DNA of 39,111 nt, from IMG/VR virus record IMGVR_UViG_3300045988_061229, positions 1 to 39,111 of that record; one strand, given 5' to 3'. The notes below the pieces were generated by a model, which was not told the origin of the DNA, did no database searches, and was given only the letters and a program-made list of their open reading frames with translations. Position numbers and translations under genes: made by a program. The stretch comes from a virus. This document shows positions 14,255-22,369 of this stretch, piece after piece; the first letter of the stretch is position 1, and every line of letters begins with the position of its first letter.

Positions 14255-14812
14255 CTGTTTCCTCCTCCCTTGATAGCCCGCCCTTAGGGGCGGGCGGTTG
14301 AGGGCAAAAATGACAGGACTCCCCGCACCTCTCAACGATGTGGCCCAGGGGAGACATACGCAGACGTAGCTCAGTTGGTAGAGCACCGAACTTCGAGAGC
14401 CGGTATGTCGTGGGTCCGTGCCACACCGTCTGTGCCAGTGGCCGGGTAGCGCCCGGACAATGTGAGACCGTTGTCGTCATGGCTCACATGGAAATGACAA
14501 CGCTCGCTGAAAACTGCACCGTGGGAGGGAAACGCCTCAGCGTAATGGTGCTGCACTTGTAAAGCAGCAATCGGTGATGTGACAATCTAAGCGGGAAGAC
14601 GGCCAATTTGCGGCATAGGTGTCCCGTAAGGGGAGACCACAGCGAGTGACGGGGACTTTCCCTGAAGCGCTAAAGCAGGGCAGGGCTGCAATGCCGTACC
14701 AAAAGAGGAGAGCCGCTGCCCTGAGAGTGCGGCACGTTGTAGCCCCTCGGGGCGGGTAAAGTCTGCTATGTAAGGCCAAGGGGCGGGGGCTGGTAGCAAA
14801 TAAAGGTGCGAG
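14255..14812 (+). ncRNA. candidate large structured non-coding RNA (family unassigned; ROOL/GOLLD-like in size and context)
   Basis: About 560 bp with no credible ORF, lying between the early terminator and the terS RBS. It is packed with perfect GC-rich helices, two H-type pseudoknot arrangements, a GUAA-loop hairpin and an embedded tRNA-like element. Confidence 0.35.
14360..14437 (+). ncRNA. tRNA-like element with encoded CCA and a non-canonical anticodon arm and T-loop
   Basis: 7-bp acceptor GCAGACG/CGTCTGT followed by G and CCA. Canonical TA-GCTC-AGTTGGTA-GAGC D-arm. The anticodon arm has only 4 bp and a 12-nt loop. The T-arm GTGGG/CACAC has one mismatch and the loop TCCGTGC. Confidence 0.45.
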
Positions 14813-14821
14813 GTGGTGACA

Positions 14822-15244
14822 ATGGCTGCGCGTCTGACAGACCGGCAGAAAAAGAAAATACTGGCGGACTATGTGCAGACGAACAACTATTGCGCCACAG
14901 CGAAAATAAACGGCGTGTCCGCAACGACGGTTAAGAACCTTGTGCGGGCGAATGCCGACATTGTGGAAAAGTGCGAACAAAAAAAGGAAGAGAACACCGC
15001 CGATGTGATGGAATACATGGATAAGCACACAGAGCTTGTGTGTTCATTTATCGGCAAGGGGCTTGAAATGCTCAACGACCCGGAGAAACTGGCCGCGGCG
15101 AACCTTAGCCAGATCACAACGGCAATGGGAACGCTGATCGACAAGTGGGCGATGATCGGCGGAAGTCCTGCCGACGCGGTGAGAGAAGACGCGCTTAGTC
15201 AGAGCCTAAAGGAAATGGCAAAGGAGCTTGAGAGCGATGAATGA
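14822..15244 (+). CDS. terS: terminase small subunit
   Basis: GAGGTGG RBS before the ATG at 14822. N-terminal HTH-like LTDRQKKKILADYVQTNNYCATAKINGVSATTVKNLV. Lies upstream of terL. Confidence 0.6.
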   Translation: MAARLTDRQKKKILADYVQTNNYCATAKINGVSATTVKNLVRANADIVEKCEQKKEENTADVMEYMDKHTELVCSFIGKGLEMLNDPEKLAAANLSQITTAMGTLIDKWAMIGGSPADAVREDALSQSLKEMAKELESDE

Positions 15245-16091
15245 AAAAACGTTTTTGTTTGAAGACAATGCAGAATATGACGCATTTGTCGAAAAGTTCA
15301 AGCCAAAGAAAACAACGGATGATTGCTATACTCCGCCACTTGTATATGATGCGATACGAGGTTGGGCTTGCAATGAATACGAAATTGATCCCGATTCCAT
15401 CGTAAGGCCGTTTTATCCTGGCGGCGATTATGAGCGTCACGAGTATTCGGACGGATGCGTTGTTTTGGACAACCCTCCGTTTTCAATTCTATCAAAAATA
15501 ATTCGCTTTTATAACTCAAGAGGCATAAAATTCTTTCTTTTTGCTCCTGCGCTTACCCTTTTGTCTCCGGTTTGCGATGGGTATTGCGGAATTGCGGTTG
15601 GTGCATCAATTACATACGAAAACGGTGCTAAAGTTTCCACATCGTTTGTAACAAACCTTGAAAACAATGTGGCAAGAACAAGCCCGAACCTATACAAAAT
15701 CATAACGGAAGAAAATAAAAAGAACGAGCGAAAGTTACACAGAGAACTTCCGAAATATGATTATCCAGATAATGTAATTACCGCTACATTCTTGCAAAAA
15801 TTAAGCAAGTACGGAATTAGTTTTTCAGTTCCAAAAAATGAATCTGTAAGAATTTCAGCGCTTGATATGCAAAAAGAGAACAAAAAAACTATCTTTGGGA
15901 AAGGCTTGCTTTGCTCGGATAGAGTTGCGGCAGAAAAGGCAGCGGCAGAAAAGGCAGCGGCAGAAAAGGCAGCGGCAGAAAAGGCAGCGGCAGAAAAGGC
16001 AGCGGCAGAAAAGGAAAACAAAGTTATTTGGTCTATTTCCGAAAGGGAAAGAAAAATTATAGAGGATTTTGTTAATGCCGATAAGCGATAA
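15237..16091 (+). CDS. orphan DNA methyltransferase (N6-adenine/N4-cytosine type, DNPPF motif IV) with an (AAEKA)n C-terminal repeat
   Basis: TDDCYTPP and VVLDNPPFS motifs. Visibly A/T-rich compared with its neighbours. Inserted between terS and terL. Confidence 0.6.
   Translation: MNEKTFLFEDNAEYDAFVEKFKPKKTTDDCYTPPLVYDAIRGWACNEYEIDPDSIVRPFYPGGDYERHEYSDGCVVLDNPPFSILSKIIRFYNSRGIKFFLFAPALTLLSPVCDGYCGIAVGASITYENGAKVSTSFVTNLENNVARTSPNLYKIITEENKKNERKLHRELPKYDYPDNVITATFLQKLSKYGISFSVPKNESVRISALDMQKENKKTIFGKGLLCSDRVAAEKAAAEKAAAEKAAAEKAAAEKAAAEKENKVIWSISERERKIIEDFVNADKR
15927..16014. repeat. perfect 15-bp tandem repeat GCGGCAGAAAAGGCA, 5 full copies plus a 13-nt partial copy
   Basis: Read directly from the sequence. 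Encodes AAEKA repeats in frame within the methyltransferase. Confidence 0.95.
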
Positions 16092-17298
16092 ACAGAAAAA
16101 AATATTGGCGTTTCCGTACAGCCGCTATGATGCCTTGATATGCGACGGCGCTGTGCGTTCCGGCAAAACCTCCATCATGATGTGGGCGTTCGTCCGCTGG
16201 GCGATGGAGAATTTCAGCGGTCAGCGCTTCGGCGTGTGTGGCCGCACGGTAGATAGCTGCACAAAAAACATCATCGTTCCATTCACGGCGATGAGCCTTG
16301 CCAAAGAGCGCTATATTATCCGCTGGCGGCGCGGCGACAAGGTAATGGAAGTACGGCGCGGCGCCGTGACGAATTACTTTGAAGTGTTCGGAGGCAAGGA
16401 CGAGGCAAGTTATACGCTGATTCAAGGCCGCACGCTGGCGGGGGTGTTGCTGGACGAAGTGGTGCTGATGCCGCGCTCGTTCGTAGAACAGGCCTTGACC
16501 CGCTGCTCGGTAGACGGGGCAAAGCTGTGGTTTTCCTGCAACCCAGGAAGCCCGCAGCATTGGTTTTACACAGAATGGATACAGCGGCATAGTGAGCGGA
16601 ACGCGCTGTATCTGCATTTTGAAATGACGGACAACCCCGGCTTGTCTCAAAAGACGCTGGAACGCTATCAGGCAATGTTTTCCGGCGTGTTCTACGACCG
16701 ATACATTCGCGGTTTGTGGGTGGTGGCCGAGGGGCTGATCTATCCCATGTTTGACGAGAGCTGCATTGTGGACGAGCTGCCGGAAAAGGGAGAATACTAT
16801 GTTTCCTGTGACTACGGCACGCTTAACCCGTTTTCCGCAGGGCTGTGGCGCTGGGACGGCAAGACGGCTACGCGCATCCGCGAGTATTACTATTCCGGGC
16901 GCGAGAACCAGAAGAACAAGACGGACGAGGAATACGCCGACGAGATCGAAAAGCTCATCGGCGAAGCAGACGTCAAAAGCGTCATCGTCGACCCGTCTGC
17001 TGCCTCGTTTATCGAGGTTTTGCGGCGGCGCGGTTATATGGTGCGAAAGGCCAACAACGACGTAACCAATGGCATTATGACTACGGCGCGATTTTTGCAG
17101 GACGGCGTAATCAAGATACGCCGAAATTGCAAAGACTGCATTCGGGAGTTTGGGCTGTACCGGTGGGATGAAAAAGCTGCTGATGACAGACCGATCAAGG
17201 AAAACGACCACGCAATGGATGAAACACGGTATTTTGCTTATACGGTCCTGAAGAACAAGGCGTATCGGCGCGATTATACACCACTTTGGAACGGATAG
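16075..17298 (+). CDS. terL: terminase large subunit (PBSX-like)
   Basis: Walker A CDGAVRSGKT, LLDEV Walker B-like motif, and a C-terminal nuclease region (VDPSAASF...NDHAMDETRY). Confidence 0.9.
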   Translation: MPISDKQKKILAFPYSRYDALICDGAVRSGKTSIMMWAFVRWAMENFSGQRFGVCGRTVDSCTKNIIVPFTAMSLAKERYIIRWRRGDKVMEVRRGAVTNYFEVFGGKDEASYTLIQGRTLAGVLLDEVVLMPRSFVEQALTRCSVDGAKLWFSCNPGSPQHWFYTEWIQRHSERNALYLHFEMTDNPGLSQKTLERYQAMFSGVFYDRYIRGLWVVAEGLIYPMFDESCIVDELPEKGEYYVSCDYGTLNPFSAGLWRWDGKTATRIREYYYSGRENQKNKTDEEYADEIEKLIGEADVKSVIVDPSAASFIEVLRRRGYMVRKANNDVTNGIMTTARFLQDGVIKIRRNCKDCIREFGLYRWDEKAADDRPIKENDHAMDETRYFAYTVLKNKAYRRDYTPLWNG

Positions 17299-17333
17299 GA
17301 CGGTGAGCGGCTATCAAAACATATAACGATCTT

Positions 17334-18689
17334 GTGGCGGTCGGTGAAAACGAGCAGGCGCGCATTGAGTTTGTTCGCAGCACGATCAATGAGCACCGCG
17401 AGAGCGCGGCGTATAAAACGGCGGTGGATGCGGAGGCGTACTATGACGGCTTGAATCCGACCATTAACCGCTATGAAAAGATCATCTATGATATGCAGGG
17501 GCGCAGCCACGCGGATATGTGGACGGCAAACCACAAGCTTGCAAGCCGGTTCTTCGGTCTGGCGGTGGATCAGGAGGTTTCCTATCTGCTGGGAAACGGT
17601 GTGACTTTCGCGGAGAAGGAAACGCCAAACAAGCTATGTCCGGACTTTGACCAGGAAGTCATGGATGCGGCGCGTGAAGCGAAAATCGCAGGCGTTTCGT
17701 TTGGCTTTTGGGATTTGACGCATCTCCGCGTGTTCTCCCTGCTGGAGTTCGTTCCGCTCTACGATGAAGAGGACGGCGCATTGAAAGCCGGTATCCGTTT
17801 CTGGCAGGTGGCGCAGGATAAGCCCCTGAGAGCGACGTTGTACGAGATCGACGGCTTTACCGAGTATTTCCAGCCAAAAAACAAGAGCATGGAAGTGATG
17901 CAGGAAAAGCGCAGCTACAAGCTCGTTATCCGCAAGGCCGAAGTCGGTGAAACCGAAATCTATGACGGCGGGAACTATCCGAGTTTCCCCATCGTGCCGC
18001 TGAAAAATAACAAGCGGTGTTTATCCGAAATTGTCGGTAAGCGCAACACCATCGACGCACTCGATCTTGCGTCCTCGAACATGGTCAACAACGTGGATGA
18101 GGGCAATTTGATCTATTGGGTGCTGTCCAACTACAATGGCATGGACGATCTTGACGATGCAAAGTTTGTGGAGCGCTTGAAAACCACGCACGTTGCCCAC
18201 GCCAACGGCGACGACGGCGCGAAGGTGGAGAGCAAGACCATCGAGGCCCCGTATGAGGGCACCAGCAGCACCATTGATATGCTCAAGAAAAAGCTGTACG
18301 AGGATTTCCAGTGCTTTGACGCTGCGGCGGTATCTGCCGGCAACCAGACGGCGACGGCAATTAAGGCCAGCTATGCGCCGCTGGATCTGAAAACGGACAA
18401 GTTTGAATCCGAGGTCACGCGGTTTATTATTGAGATCCTGCGTCTGGCAGGCATTGAGGACAAGCCGAGCTACACGCGCAATCAGATCATCAACAAGAGC
18501 GAGGAGACGCAGAATATCCTTTTGGGCGCGGCATATTACGATGACGAGTACATCACAAAGAAGCTGCTAACCATCAACGGCGATATTGACCAGTACGAGG
18601 ACATGGCAAAGCGGAAGGCGGCAGAAGAGATTGACCGCAGCTTTGCGGAACCGGATGCGCCGGAGGTGAACGGCGATGGCGAACAGTGA
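17334..18689 (+). CDS. portal protein (SPP1 gp6-like)
   Basis: 451 aa, immediately after terL. Typical N-terminal region (FVRSTINEHRESAAYKTAVDAEAYYDGLNPTI). GTG start. Confidence 0.8.
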   Translation: MAVGENEQARIEFVRSTINEHRESAAYKTAVDAEAYYDGLNPTINRYEKIIYDMQGRSHADMWTANHKLASRFFGLAVDQEVSYLLGNGVTFAEKETPNKLCPDFDQEVMDAAREAKIAGVSFGFWDLTHLRVFSLLEFVPLYDEEDGALKAGIRFWQVAQDKPLRATLYEIDGFTEYFQPKNKSMEVMQEKRSYKLVIRKAEVGETEIYDGGNYPSFPIVPLKNNKRCLSEIVGKRNTIDALDLASSNMVNNVDEGNLIYWVLSNYNGMDDLDDAKFVERLKTTHVAHANGDDGAKVESKTIEAPYEGTSSTIDMLKKKLYEDFQCFDAAAVSAGNQTATAIKASYAPLDLKTDKFESEVTRFIIEILRLAGIEDKPSYTRNQIINKSEETQNILLGAAYYDDEYITKKLLTINGDIDQYEDMAKRKAAEEIDRSFAEPDAPEVNGDGEQ

Positions 18690-20394
18690 CCTCGGCCACA
18701 AGCTGACCGACAAGGAGCTTGCAAAGCTGGAACGGCGCATTGTGAAGCTATACCGTGAGGCTGGGAAAGAACTGCAAGCTACCATCGACGCATATTTTGA
18801 GCAATTCAAAAAGCGCGACGAGGAAATGAAGGCTCTGATCGGCACCGTGCAGAACGGTAAGGAATGGACGGAGGCCGACTATAAGCAATGGCGGCTCAAC
18901 CAGATCGGGCGCGGAGAACGCTATCAGGCCATGCGTGACAAGGTAGCGCACCGTGTGACCGACGCAAACGCTGTGGCGGTGTCCTACACCAACGATGCAA
19001 CGCCCGGTATCTACTCCCTTAACCGCAACTATGCGGCCTATACCATCGAACAGGTCGCGGGAAACGTCGGCTTTGACCTGTGGGACGAGCAGACGGTAAA
19101 GCGGCTTATGGTCGAGCAGCCGGATTTGATGCCATATTACCCGCCAAAGCGTGCGCTGAAACGCGGCATTGACCTTGCGTATGGGAAAAAGCAGATCACG
19201 GCCAGCGTCACCAGCTCCATCTTGCAGGGAAAGAGCATCAAGCACATGGCGGACGATTTGCAAACGCGGATCACCACCATGAGCCGAGACAGCGCCATCC
19301 GCACCGCCAGAACCGCCGTGACCGGCGCGCAGAACGCCGGACGCATGGACAGCTACGCGGCGGCAGAAAAGATGGGCATTAAGCTCAAAAAAGAATGGTT
19401 GGCTACACTGGACGCGCGTACACGCCACTCTCATGCCATGATTGACGGCGAACAAGTGGCGCAGGACAAGAAGTTTTCTAACGGTTGCCGCTTTCCCGGC
19501 GACCCGCAAGGCCCGCCGTGGGAGATATATAACTGCCGTTGCACGCTTGTTGCCGCGTTAGACGGGATAGACACCTCATCAGCGCAGAGACGCGCCAGAA
19601 ACGCCGCTACGGGGCAAACAGAGGTTATTTCGAATATGACCTATGCGGAATGGGCGGGGTGGAAAAAAGATACAAAGCAAGTTGCAAGTGCGGCAAAATC
19701 TGATATAATTAAAGCAAAACCCGAAATAAAGCCAGTAACTTTAAGCCTTTCCAACTTAGAGGAATTGGAGAAGTGGCAAAACGAATATTATGCGACAAAC
19801 TCGAGCGTCGAGTTTACCAAAAAAGCGAATCCGAATATATCCAAGTATTCCGGCGGTGCGTATAGCGCAATTAACGCCATAGAGCGCGGCGGCGCGGCGT
19901 ATGAAAAGGCGCTGCGTTGCTATGGGAACCTCGACGGGTACAAGGAGATAAGCGACGGCGTTTCTGCGGAAATATCAAAGTTCAAGCTTTCAACGGACTT
20001 GAACGTGAAGCGTGTTGTCGGGGATGTTGGGTATATTACGGGAGGCGGTTCATCTGTTGATGATATGGTCGCGAGTATCGGAAAGCTATATACAGAAAAA
20101 GGATTTACAAGCACGACAATAGCGCAAGACGCGCAACTCCCGTTTGGAGGGCACAAAGATACGCAGACGGTTCTTGATATTATCGTGCCAAAATCAACAC
20201 GCGGCGCTTATATTTACAAAATGGCAGATAACCCCGCGGAATTTGAATTTCTGATAGACAGAGGCACAACATATAAAGTCCTTGATGCAGGGGAAAGAAC
20301 TGTTAAAAAAAGCATTTTCGACCTAAAATCAAGAGAGTTTGTAGAGAAAGAAGTCCCCGAACGATATATGAAATTGGAGGTTGTTTCGCAATGA
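18676..20394 (+). CDS. minor head protein (SPP1 gp7/Mu F-like) fused to a C-terminal ADP-ribosyltransferase domain
   Basis: N-terminal gp7-type region ending in NCRCTL. The C-terminal domain has an R-S-E triad: NVKRVVG (R), GFTSTT (STS-type motif) and AEFEFLIDRG (ExE). Confidence 0.75.
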   Translation: MANSDLGHKLTDKELAKLERRIVKLYREAGKELQATIDAYFEQFKKRDEEMKALIGTVQNGKEWTEADYKQWRLNQIGRGERYQAMRDKVAHRVTDANAVAVSYTNDATPGIYSLNRNYAAYTIEQVAGNVGFDLWDEQTVKRLMVEQPDLMPYYPPKRALKRGIDLAYGKKQITASVTSSILQGKSIKHMADDLQTRITTMSRDSAIRTARTAVTGAQNAGRMDSYAAAEKMGIKLKKEWLATLDARTRHSHAMIDGEQVAQDKKFSNGCRFPGDPQGPPWEIYNCRCTLVAALDGIDTSSAQRRARNAATGQTEVISNMTYAEWAGWKKDTKQVASAAKSDIIKAKPEIKPVTLSLSNLEELEKWQNEYYATNSSVEFTKKANPNISKYSGGAYSAINAIERGGAAYEKALRCYGNLDGYKEISDGVSAEISKFKLSTDLNVKRVVGDVGYITGGGSSVDDMVASIGKLYTEKGFTSTTIAQDAQLPFGGHKDTQTVLDIIVPKSTRGAYIYKMADNPAEFEFLIDRGTTYKVLDAGERTVKKSIFDLKSREFVEKEVPERYMKLEVVSQ

Positions 20395-20699
20395 AAGAGA
20401 CGGTTCTTGACTGGCTTCCGATGTTTGCGGAGTTTGTGAAAGACCCAACATCTGATTTTTCTGTTGGGGATTTTGCGGAAATTGAAAAATCGGCTACACC
20501 GAAGGCAAAAAACGCTTACAGGAAATACATCAAATTTATTTCTCACGGATTGCAGAGCTGGGATGATCTGATTATTGAAAATCGGCGTATTGTTGGCATT
20601 GCTAAAACTGCAACGGGAAAATCAAAAGAGCAATGCGAGATAGTTTTGCAGCTCATTGCAGATGGATGGATTGATAATGAACCATTCATTAAGGGGTAA
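20391..20699 (+). CDS. hypothetical protein (102 aa), candidate immunity or partner of the ART domain
   Basis: ATGA overlap with the ART stop. Same A/T-rich composition as the ART domain. Confidence 0.6.
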   Translation: MKETVLDWLPMFAEFVKDPTSDFSVGDFAEIEKSATPKAKNAYRKYIKFISHGLQSWDDLIIENRRIVGIAKTATGKSKEQCEIVLQLIADGWIDNEPFIKG

Positions 20700-20702
20700 C
20701 GT

Positions 20703-21107
20703 ATGAGCGTTGAAATCCAGGACAACAGCAAAGAGGTTTCCGCTGCGATCAAGGCGGCGCTGCTGCGCGGGCTTGAAAAATGCGGGCTGGTGGCAGAGGG
20801 ATATGCGAAAAAGCTATGCCCCGTTGACACCGGCAATCTGCGCAATAGCATTACCCATGTGGTAGACGAGCAGGAACCCGCGGCAATCATCGGGTCGAAC
20901 AATTCTTACGCCGCGTACGTTGAATTAGGCACGGGCATTTACGCCGAAGGCGGAGGCGGACGGCCTACACCGTGGGTGTATCAGGACGCAAAGGGCAACT
21001 GGCATTACACGCGCGGCAACAAGGCACAGCCGTTTTTGAAACCGGCTGCCGCCGACCATGCGGGACAGTATCGGGACATCTTGGAAAGCGAGCTGAAAAA
21101 TGGATAA
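20703..21107 (+). CDS. HK97 gp10-family head-tail joining protein
   Basis: CPVDTGNLRNSI motif and AQPFLKPA. Confidence 0.65.
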   Translation: MSVEIQDNSKEVSAAIKAALLRGLEKCGLVAEGYAKKLCPVDTGNLRNSITHVVDEQEPAAIIGSNNSYAAYVELGTGIYAEGGGGRPTPWVYQDAKGNWHYTRGNKAQPFLKPAAADHAGQYRDILESELKNG

Positions 21108-21231
21108 CGAGACCATCAAGGCCATTGAAGCCATTATCAAGCGCGGCAACGATGCTGAAATACGCCGAAAAGGCGACGGGTACATTGTCTTAGAGGTCAA
21201 GAAAACAATCAAATACACAGCTTCCGCGTAA
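21100..21231 (+). CDS. small hypothetical protein (43 aa)
   Basis: MDNETIKAIEAIIKRGNDAEIRRKGDGYIVLEVKKTIKYTASA. Below the track cutoff. Confidence 0.4.
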   Translation: MDNETIKAIEAIIKRGNDAEIRRKGDGYIVLEVKKTIKYTASA

Positions 21232-21254
21232 TTGGGCGTGGGAAAGGGCAATAG

Positions 21255-21298
21255 GAGCCAACTTGTAAGGATTTCTTACAGGTTGGCTCTTTTTCTTT
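21255..21298 (+). terminator. rho-independent terminator inside the head module
   Basis: 15-bp stem GAGCCAACTTGTAAG/CTTACAGGTTGGCTC (one G-T pair), followed by TTTTTCTTT. Confidence 0.75.
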
Positions 21299-21311
21299 CA
21301 GGAGGCAACGC

Positions 21312-21677
21312 ATGGCTAACAGCAAAGTCAACATTTTAGGCACGGATTACGAAATTGTCGTTAAAAAGTACGTCGACGATGAGGCGTTTGAGCGCAGGAG
21401 CATTGACGGATATTGCGACCACCTTTTGAAGCAAATCGTAATTTGCGACATGACAACCTATAAGGGGTGGGAAAACGAGCCGGTAGAAACAGCAAAAGAA
21501 GCTCAAAAGCAAACGCTACGGCATGAAATCGTACACGCATTTTTCAGCGAAAGCGGCCTTTCGGATAGCGGGCTTTCTTACGAAGGAGCGTGGTGCAAAA
21601 ACGAAGAGCTTGTTGACTGGATCGCATGGCAAGGGCCGAAAATCCAAAAGGCATGGGAAACGGCAAACGCAATTTAA
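21312..21677 (+). CDS. small HExxH metallopeptidase-motif protein (121 aa)
   Basis: TLRHEIVHAFF motif. AGGAGG RBS. Confidence 0.6.
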   Translation: MANSKVNILGTDYEIVVKKYVDDEAFERRSIDGYCDHLLKQIVICDMTTYKGWENEPVETAKEAQKQTLRHEIVHAFFSESGLSDSGLSYEGAWCKNEELVDWIAWQGPKIQKAWETANAI

Positions 21678-21688
21678 AACAGGTAAAC

Positions 21689-21710
21689 ACCGCGAGGTAC
21701 AGCGGTTTTA
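21689..21710 (+). terminator. weak terminator-like hairpin
   Basis: ACCGC/GCGGT stem with an 8-nt loop, followed by TTTTATAC. Confidence 0.3.
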
Positions 21711-21761
21711 TACAATCTATCGCCGCGACGGACTGCGGACAAGGGAAAGGAAGATAGAACA

Positions 21762-22367
21762 ATGGCACTGACACGCAAACTTTTGAAGGGCATGTGTCTC
21801 ACCGACGAACAGGTGGATACCATCATCGAGGCACATACCGACACCGTGGACGGCTTAAAAGCTGATGTCAGCAAGTACAAGGCCGACGCGGAGAAGCTGT
21901 CCAGCGTCCAGAAGGAATTGGACGACCTCAAGGCAGCGGGTGACGGCGGTTACAAGGAGAAGTACGAGAAGGAACACTCGGCCTTTGAAGCCTTTAAGAC
22001 CGACATCACGGCAAAGGAGAGCAAGGCGGCAAAGGAAAAGGCCGTGCGTGCTTACTTTGAGAGCAAAAACATCACCGGCGCGAATCTCGACCTTGCAATG
22101 CGCGGCTGCGGCGAGGAAATGGCCGCATTGGAGCTAGACGGCGAGAAGATCAAGGACACCAAGAACCTTGATGCGCTCGTAGACGGCACTTACAAGGGGC
22201 TGGTCTCCACCACGCAGACAAAGGGTGCAAATCCCGCCACTCCCCCGGCGAACACTGGCGGCGGCGCAATGACTAAAGACCAGATCATGCAGATCAAGGA
22301 CAGAGCGGAGCGCCGCGCGGCAATCGCTGCAAACATCAATCTTTTTGAAAATAAGAACGGAGGCTAA
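21762..22367 (+). CDS. scaffolding protein
   Basis: 201 aa, K/E/A-rich and predicted helical. Immediately upstream of the capsid gene. Confidence 0.6.
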   Translation: MALTRKLLKGMCLTDEQVDTIIEAHTDTVDGLKADVSKYKADAEKLSSVQKELDDLKAAGDGGYKEKYEKEHSAFEAFKTDITAKESKAAKEKAVRAYFESKNITGANLDLAMRGCGEEMAALELDGEKIKDTKNLDALVDGTYKGLVSTTQTKGANPATPPANTGGGAMTKDQIMQIKDRAERRAAIAANINLFENKNGG

Positions 22368-22369
22368 TT

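Noticed and set aside
14360-14437. The tRNA-like element considered as a TGA-suppressor tRNA that would rescue the Lar-like gene.
   Set aside because: No 7-nt anticodon loop can be drawn. The only tRNA-style reading gives UCG (Arg), not UCA. In addition, many genes in the window end at TGA with proper coupling, so the standard genetic code applies.
14338-14562. A 74-aa plus-strand ORF and overlapping minus-strand ORFs in the terS-upstream region.
   Set aside because: They have no RBS, an odd composition, and they run across the tRNA-like element and stable helices. The region is better explained as non-coding.
15927-16014. The tandem repeat considered as a CRISPR array.
   Set aside because: The 15-bp units are contiguous with no spacers and lie in frame inside a coding sequence. 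This is a coding tandem repeat.
16072-17211. Long minus-strand ORFs opposite clear plus-strand genes: 16072..17211, 22364..23611, 24205..25476, 33543..34262, 35689..36609, 36737..37525 and 3988..4611.
   Set aside because: They lie antisense to genes with recognisable products (terL, capsid, tail, lysin and others). They are rich in R/A/G/L, as expected for shadow frames in high-GC DNA, and they lack RBSs and recognisable domains.
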